DNA of 61,042 nucleotides from a virus (taxonomy: Duplodnaviria > Caudoviricetes). Positions 56,453 to 61,042 of the stretch are shown here, piece by piece; positions within the stretch are counted from its first letter, which is position 1, and each line of letters begins with the position of its first letter. The notes under the pieces were generated by a model that saw only the letters and a list, made by a program, of their open reading frames with translations, was not told the DNA's origin and made no database searches. The position numbers and the translations under genes were made by a program. The stretch covers positions 1 to 61,042 of the IMG/VR virus record IMGVR_UViG_3300042377_000298; one strand, given 5' to 3'.

Positions 56453-58771
56453 ATGTCTTTTGTCGAAAGCACACGCGAGCTTGATATGATCGCTGATAAC
56501 TTGAAGAGCATTAACCCCGAAACGGGTGCTGCTCCAAAGGAGCGTATGGTGACCCCAGCTGGTCTTAGATCAATTCATGGCAAGAACATCACTGATGATG
56601 AAGTTGGCTCCTATAATAGGGGTTTAGTGCAACAAGACATGGACTTTAGTCCTCCATTTGACGAGAATGAACTAAAAAACAAGGGACAAGGTGAAAGATT
56701 CAACTTCAACACTGGCGAAGCTGCTGCAATTAAGAATGAAGCAGTGTCTGGTTATGTTGACATCTATAGCACTCCTACTACTATTGCGCAGATACCATTG
56801 AAAAATGTTTCTGACCCAATGCGTAGCATGTATGAAAACATTCTTGCAGAAGAGTTCACTACTATTGACAGGGCTAATGATTCTTCTTTTCCTACATTCT
56901 TGCAACTTTGCGACATTTACGTAACTCATGGCGTTGCTGTTGGTTATTTTGAAGATAAGCAAACAATGCATTACAAGGTTGGTGGATTAGATCGGTTTAA
57001 GTTTCCACGCAAGACAACAATCATCACGAGCGACATGCCTATGTGTACTTGCTCCAGCACAATGAGCATCATTGAGCTTTACAGTAAGATCAATGGTGAT
57101 TCACCACTAAAAGGCTGGGATAAGGATGCCGTGATCAAGGCAATCACAACTGCCGCTGGACAAACGGATACTAAGTGGAACGAGTGGGAACGCTTAGAAG
57201 AAGATTTAAAATGTAATGACGTTTATCTTGAGAGCGCAGTTGACATGATTGAACTGGTTTATGGTTGGGTTGTTGAATTTGACAAGAGCGTTTCATTCTA
57301 CATTACAACGAAAAGCGGTTCTGACATTAACACAGCTAAAGGAAATGAAGGATTTTTATTCAAGGAAGTCAGTTACTATGAAAATACAAACCAAGCGTTT
57401 CAGATCTTTTCCTTTACTATTGGAAACAATGCTCGTATTCACTCCGTAAGAGGGTTGGGTTATTTAATTTATCAAATTTGCAATGCAATGAACGTCTTGA
57501 CTTGTAAGATGATGGACAATGCAAGGATTGAGGGATCAATGGTTATTCAGGCTACTACGCAAGAAGACCTTGAAGACTTGGAAATTATTGACTTTGCTGG
57601 AGGCATTGCACTTCCACCAAACATTAATCTCCCAGCAAGATCACAAGCAAACAACCTCAACAACTCTATGATTCCAGCCATCCAGCTTGGTCGTGGACTA
57701 CTTGATCGCGCTACTGGTGGACTCAGCGCTGGCAACATGATTTTATCTGGTCAGCAAGATCGACGCACAAAACTTGAAGTTAGTGCGCAACTTGATTGGA
57801 TTAACAAATTAAACAGTTTTGCCATTAACTTATTTTATGGTCCTCTTGATAAATTGATGCGTGAAAAAGTAAAGCGCGCATTTACAGTTCGTCAACCAGA
57901 CAAGGAAAGCCGTAGAATGGTAGATGAAATGAAACGCCGCTGTATTGAACGTGGCGTTCCAGAAGAAGTCTTTGGCATGATTGACTATGAAAAGGTCAAG
58001 GCACAGCGCATTATCGGCACAGGCTCAAGAGTTAGCCGTGTAATGATCTATGATCAATTGCAGCAAATGTATGCAAGCATGGATGAAGTAGGGCGTAAAA
58101 ACTTTACCTTCGACGTATCTGCTGAACTTATTGGCGCTGACAAAACAATTCGTTACTTTGGTAAACCAGAAGAGCAACGTCTTCCAATGGATGCTAAAAT
58201 TGCTGATCTCGAAAACACTCTATTGCTACAAGGCCAACAAGTTAATCCAATTGATGGAGAGATGCACATGGTTCATATTCCTCGTCACTTGGCAATCCTT
58301 GAAGAGTCACTACAAGGAGTTGAGAATGGTCAGGTTGATCTAATGCAGTATGCAACAACATTCTCTCCAGTTCATGAGCATCTTACTCAAACTCTAGAGA
58401 TGACTACTGTGCAACCTGAAATCCAAGAACAGTATAACTCATTCCTACAAAGAACTCAACAAATTGGTGAGATCATTGTTAATGGTATTCGCGCTTACAA
58501 CAAGCAGCAACAAAAAGCTGAAGAAGAAGCAGCCGCCGCTCAAGAGCAAGGACAACCACAAGATCAACAGGCTGGAGCAATTCAAAGTGCTTCTCAAGAA
58601 GAGCGCATGAAGATGCAAATGCAAGCTGAGATCCACCAAGAGAAACTCCGTCAAATGAGAGAAATCGGACAACAAAAAATTGTTCTTGAAACTCAAAAAG
58701 CTATGAGTCAAATCGCAGCTAAAGATGCTGAAGTAAAAGCAAAGCTGGACAGGATTAAAGCCATGGGCTAA
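56453..58771 (+). CDS. Portal protein
   Basis: 772 aa after TerL, with a Gln-rich coiled-coil C-terminal barrel as in podovirus portals. Confidence 0.8.
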   Translation: MSFVESTRELDMIADNLKSINPETGAAPKERMVTPAGLRSIHGKNITDDEVGSYNRGLVQQDMDFSPPFDENELKNKGQGERFNFNTGEAAAIKNEAVSGYVDIYSTPTTIAQIPLKNVSDPMRSMYENILAEEFTTIDRANDSSFPTFLQLCDIYVTHGVAVGYFEDKQTMHYKVGGLDRFKFPRKTTIITSDMPMCTCSSTMSIIELYSKINGDSPLKGWDKDAVIKAITTAAGQTDTKWNEWERLEEDLKCNDVYLESAVDMIELVYGWVVEFDKSVSFYITTKSGSDINTAKGNEGFLFKEVSYYENTNQAFQIFSFTIGNNARIHSVRGLGYLIYQICNAMNVLTCKMMDNARIEGSMVIQATTQEDLEDLEIIDFAGGIALPPNINLPARSQANNLNNSMIPAIQLGRGLLDRATGGLSAGNMILSGQQDRRTKLEVSAQLDWINKLNSFAINLFYGPLDKLMREKVKRAFTVRQPDKESRRMVDEMKRRCIERGVPEEVFGMIDYEKVKAQRIIGTGSRVSRVMIYDQLQQMYASMDEVGRKNFTFDVSAELIGADKTIRYFGKPEEQRLPMDAKIADLENTLLLQGQQVNPIDGEMHMVHIPRHLAILEESLQGVENGQVDLMQYATTFSPVHEHLTQTLEMTTVQPEIQEQYNSFLQRTQQIGEIIVNGIRAYNKQQQKAEEEAAAAQEQGQPQDQQAGAIQSASQEERMKMQMQAEIHQEKLRQMREIGQQKIVLETQKAMSQIAAKDAEVKAKLDRIKAMG

Positions 58772-58779
58772 TAAACTTT

Positions 58780-59013
58780 ATGACAGAACTAGAACAACAA
58801 GCATTAAGCAATATTTTAGCAACTCCGTTAATGGAGAAAACATTTTCCGAAATCACCCGCACTAGATGCAGGACAGATGTTGACACAATAGAAAAAGCCG
58901 CGTTATCGCAGGCTTACAACATGGGTATTTTAGCCGGGCTAAACGCATTTTACGAGTTAGCAAAAATAAAACAAACTGTTACATTAACAACTAGAAAACT
59001 AAAACATGAGTGA
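58780..59013 (+). CDS. Small head-module protein
   Basis: Between portal and scaffold, helical. Confidence 0.55.
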   Translation: MTELEQQALSNILATPLMEKTFSEITRTRCRTDVDTIEKAALSQAYNMGILAGLNAFYELAKIKQTVTLTTRKLKHE

Positions 59014-60175
59014 AGAAGTAAACGACGACGGGGGAGATATTGAAATTCTCAGAGCAATGAACGATTCATTTCCAGTGAGTGATGAGAATGCATTTCCTGA
59101 TAATAGCGAGCAATTGGAGCAAGTCCAAGCACCAGAGACGCAAGAAAAGAAAGAAGTAGTCAATAAGAGCATTGAGCAACCTGATGATTCTAATTTAATT
59201 GACGAAGCTGATGAATTCCTTGCTTTGTCTGAAGATGAGAAAGCACCTGAGTATAGCGAAGAGTCTTTCAACAAAGAGACAGAAGAAATGTCAAAAGGCA
59301 TGGACGCTAAAGCTGGAGATAAATTCCGAGCTTTGCGACAAGAACTTAAGGAGTATAAGGAAAAGAAAGTAGATGTCAAAGTTTCACCTGACATTGAATC
59401 TAAAATTAAAGATCTTGAGTTGAAGGCTGCTGAGGCTGAAGGCTTACGCCAACAAGTTGAAGAGCTTAGTTCGGTTAGTGCAAAGGTTAAGGTTGAGTCA
59501 TCGCGTGAATACAAACAAAAGGTTCTTGAGCCAGCTGTTACTATTCTACAAGAGTCAGAAAAGATTGCTAAAGCTCATGATGTTGATGCAGAGGTGATTC
59601 ATGATATTATTCGTGAACAAGATAGAGAGTTACAAATTGATCTTATCAATGCTCATCTATCTGGACTTAACGAGCTTGAGAAACAAGACTTGTATCGCAT
59701 GATGTATGAATACCGCAATCTTGGAAAACTAAGAAGCGAGATGTTAGACAATGCATCAACAAAACTAAGTCAGATTGAGGCAGAGCAAATTGAGCAACAG
59801 AGCCAACAGTTTGAAGCTGAAAAGAAAGCAGTGCAACAAATTCAATCTAGTATCTGGGATAAGTATAAAACAATAATTCCGGGATTCACTAATGAAAATG
59901 GTGAAGCTACTGAGGATTGGTCTAAGTTGCGCAATAGATCATTGTCTATTGACTTCAGCAAAGCAGCAGGAAAAGATAAGGCATATGCTGCGTTTGCTGG
60001 TGTTGCGTTACCTCACGTAATCAAGGAACTCAACAATGCTAAGAAAATGTTACAGGAACTTACAGGCAAGGAAGCAAACGAAGTGTTGCGCCGACCAAAA
60101 CTGGGGCAACCAATTGCGCAAAATTCTAGTGAACCAGAAGATTTCCTTTCCGCTATGAGAAAAATGAAATTTTAA
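59006..60175 (+). CDS. Capsid scaffolding protein
   Basis: Highly acidic N-terminus and coiled coils, located after the portal. Confidence 0.7.
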   Translation: MSEEVNDDGGDIEILRAMNDSFPVSDENAFPDNSEQLEQVQAPETQEKKEVVNKSIEQPDDSNLIDEADEFLALSEDEKAPEYSEESFNKETEEMSKGMDAKAGDKFRALRQELKEYKEKKVDVKVSPDIESKIKDLELKAAEAEGLRQQVEELSSVSAKVKVESSREYKQKVLEPAVTILQESEKIAKAHDVDAEVIHDIIREQDRELQIDLINAHLSGLNELEKQDLYRMMYEYRNLGKLRSEMLDNASTKLSQIEAEQIEQQSQQFEAEKKAVQQIQSSIWDKYKTIIPGFTNENGEATEDWSKLRNRSLSIDFSKAAGKDKAYAAFAGVALPHVIKELNNAKKMLQELTGKEANEVLRRPKLGQPIAQNSSEPEDFLSAMRKMKF

Positions 60176-60257
60176 TTCTAATAAAAAAAGTTTTGACACA
60201 TACTACTTTTCCAGATAATTGTCTCTCGAACTGTTAACTAATAACTAAAATAATAAT

Positions 60258-60605
60258 ATGCCAGCTAAAAAGAAAATGTCAGATTCTCAACTTAATGCCC
60301 ACATGCAACAAATAGGTCATAGAAAACTTATGCTAGGACCTAATCCATTCCCATTTCGGGAAAAGAAATTTGCAGAGGAAAGCACAAAAAAATTACGAGA
60401 AAAACAAAGTATGCAAAAATCACAATCATTGGCTGGCCCATCCCGATCCCAGCTTTTACATGAACAAGAATTTGCTTCTCGTACAAAAGAATTAAAGGAG
60501 CGATCATCACCCTCTGCCTATAAGCCACCATCACCTCCTTCACGATCTTCACTCTTAAAGGCTCGCGGAACAAAATCATCGGCTACTCGTAAGCTAATCA
60601 AGTAA
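60258..60605 (+). CDS. Basic low-complexity protein (moron)
   Basis: MPAKKK..., with an internal imperfect repeat (KKFAEESTKKLRE / QEFASRTKELKE; PSRSQLL / PSRSSLL). Confidence 0.6.
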   Translation: MPAKKKMSDSQLNAHMQQIGHRKLMLGPNPFPFREKKFAEESTKKLREKQSMQKSQSLAGPSRSQLLHEQEFASRTKELKERSSPSAYKPPSPPSRSSLLKARGTKSSATRKLIK

Positions 60606-60876
60606 TGGAGAAGAGATTCAAAAAAGTAATCACGAACCCAGCAACGGGACGCAAGAGAACCGTGAAGTTTGGGCAAGCCTAAGCAAGTATCTCGCCGTGC
60701 GGGTCGCAATGCTGCGCGAGCGAAAGCAGTGAAGTCTGGCATGGCATGCAAAGGAGACGGAAAGAATATTCATCACAAGAACAATAATCCCAAGGATAAC
60801 CGTTCTTGTAACATTGCATCTGTATCAGTAAGCAAGAACAGAGGGTTTCCACGAACATCAACTAACAAACCGAAAG
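60605..60876 (+). pseudogene. Fused gene remnants: 25-aa 'TVKFGQA' fragment plus start-less HNH endonuclease fragment
   Basis: 60605-60682 encodes MEKRFKK...KFGQA*. Another frame gives RRAGRNAAR...KGDGKNIHHKNNNP..N...N....S...NR, which runs into the repeat. Confidence 0.55.
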
Positions 60877-61042
60877 GAAGATTTCATTTCTGCTATGAGA
60901 AAAATGAAATTTTAATTTTAGTAAAAAAAGTTTTGACACATGCTGCTTTTTCGGATAATTGTCTCTCGAACTGTTCGAGGTGCATGGTTCTAAAAAGCAG
61001 CATTTTCCGTTGGCTCGGTCGTTATCCGTTCTAGTTGTTACT

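Larger units (their letters stand above)
60137..60975 (+). repeat. 99-bp direct repeats (60137-60235 and 60877-60975)
   Basis: Offset 740 nt, 8 mismatches in 99. Each copy contains the scaffold 3' end sequence and TTGACA...GATAAT. Confidence 0.9.

Noticed and set aside
60669-61034. Intact 121-aa HNH gene as listed in the ORF track
   Set aside because: The TTG start lies within another stub, and the C-terminus is out-of-frame read-through of the duplicated scaffold end and promoter.

Overview
This is a large fragment (about 61 kb, AT-rich) of a tailed dsDNA phage genome with a podovirus-like layout and no Shine-Dalgarno signals. The host is unknown. + strand 1-29.8 kb: tail fibre (5'-truncated), lysis cassette (holins, lipoprotein, M15 endolysin), metallophosphoesterase, virion genes including a two-domain glycosyltransferase, and three probable ejection proteins, the last of 5501 aa. 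- strand 29.8-54.6 kb: T7 gp4/Twinkle-like primase-helicase, ERF recombinase, exonuclease, SSB-like proteins, HNH nucleases, DUF932 and many small accessory or early genes. + strand 54.7-61 kb: large terminase, portal and scaffold; the major capsid gene lies beyond the window. I recognise no DNA polymerase, integrase, reverse transcriptase, tRNA or CRISPR. The most notable signals are non-coding: (1) a ~700-nt structured RNA candidate (43.8-44.5 kb, - strand) containing a split mimic of the 23S rRNA GTPase-associated centre (uL11 site); (2) a family of integron attC-like hairpins bounding accessory genes and that RNA; (3) a pistol ribozyme plus repeated pseudoknots and hairpins between early genes; (4) a 14-bp palindrome TTTAGYYRRCTAAA repeated at least nine times across the window; (5) a 99-bp duplication flanking a moron-like insert. 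All family assignments come from motif recognition by eye, not from database searches.
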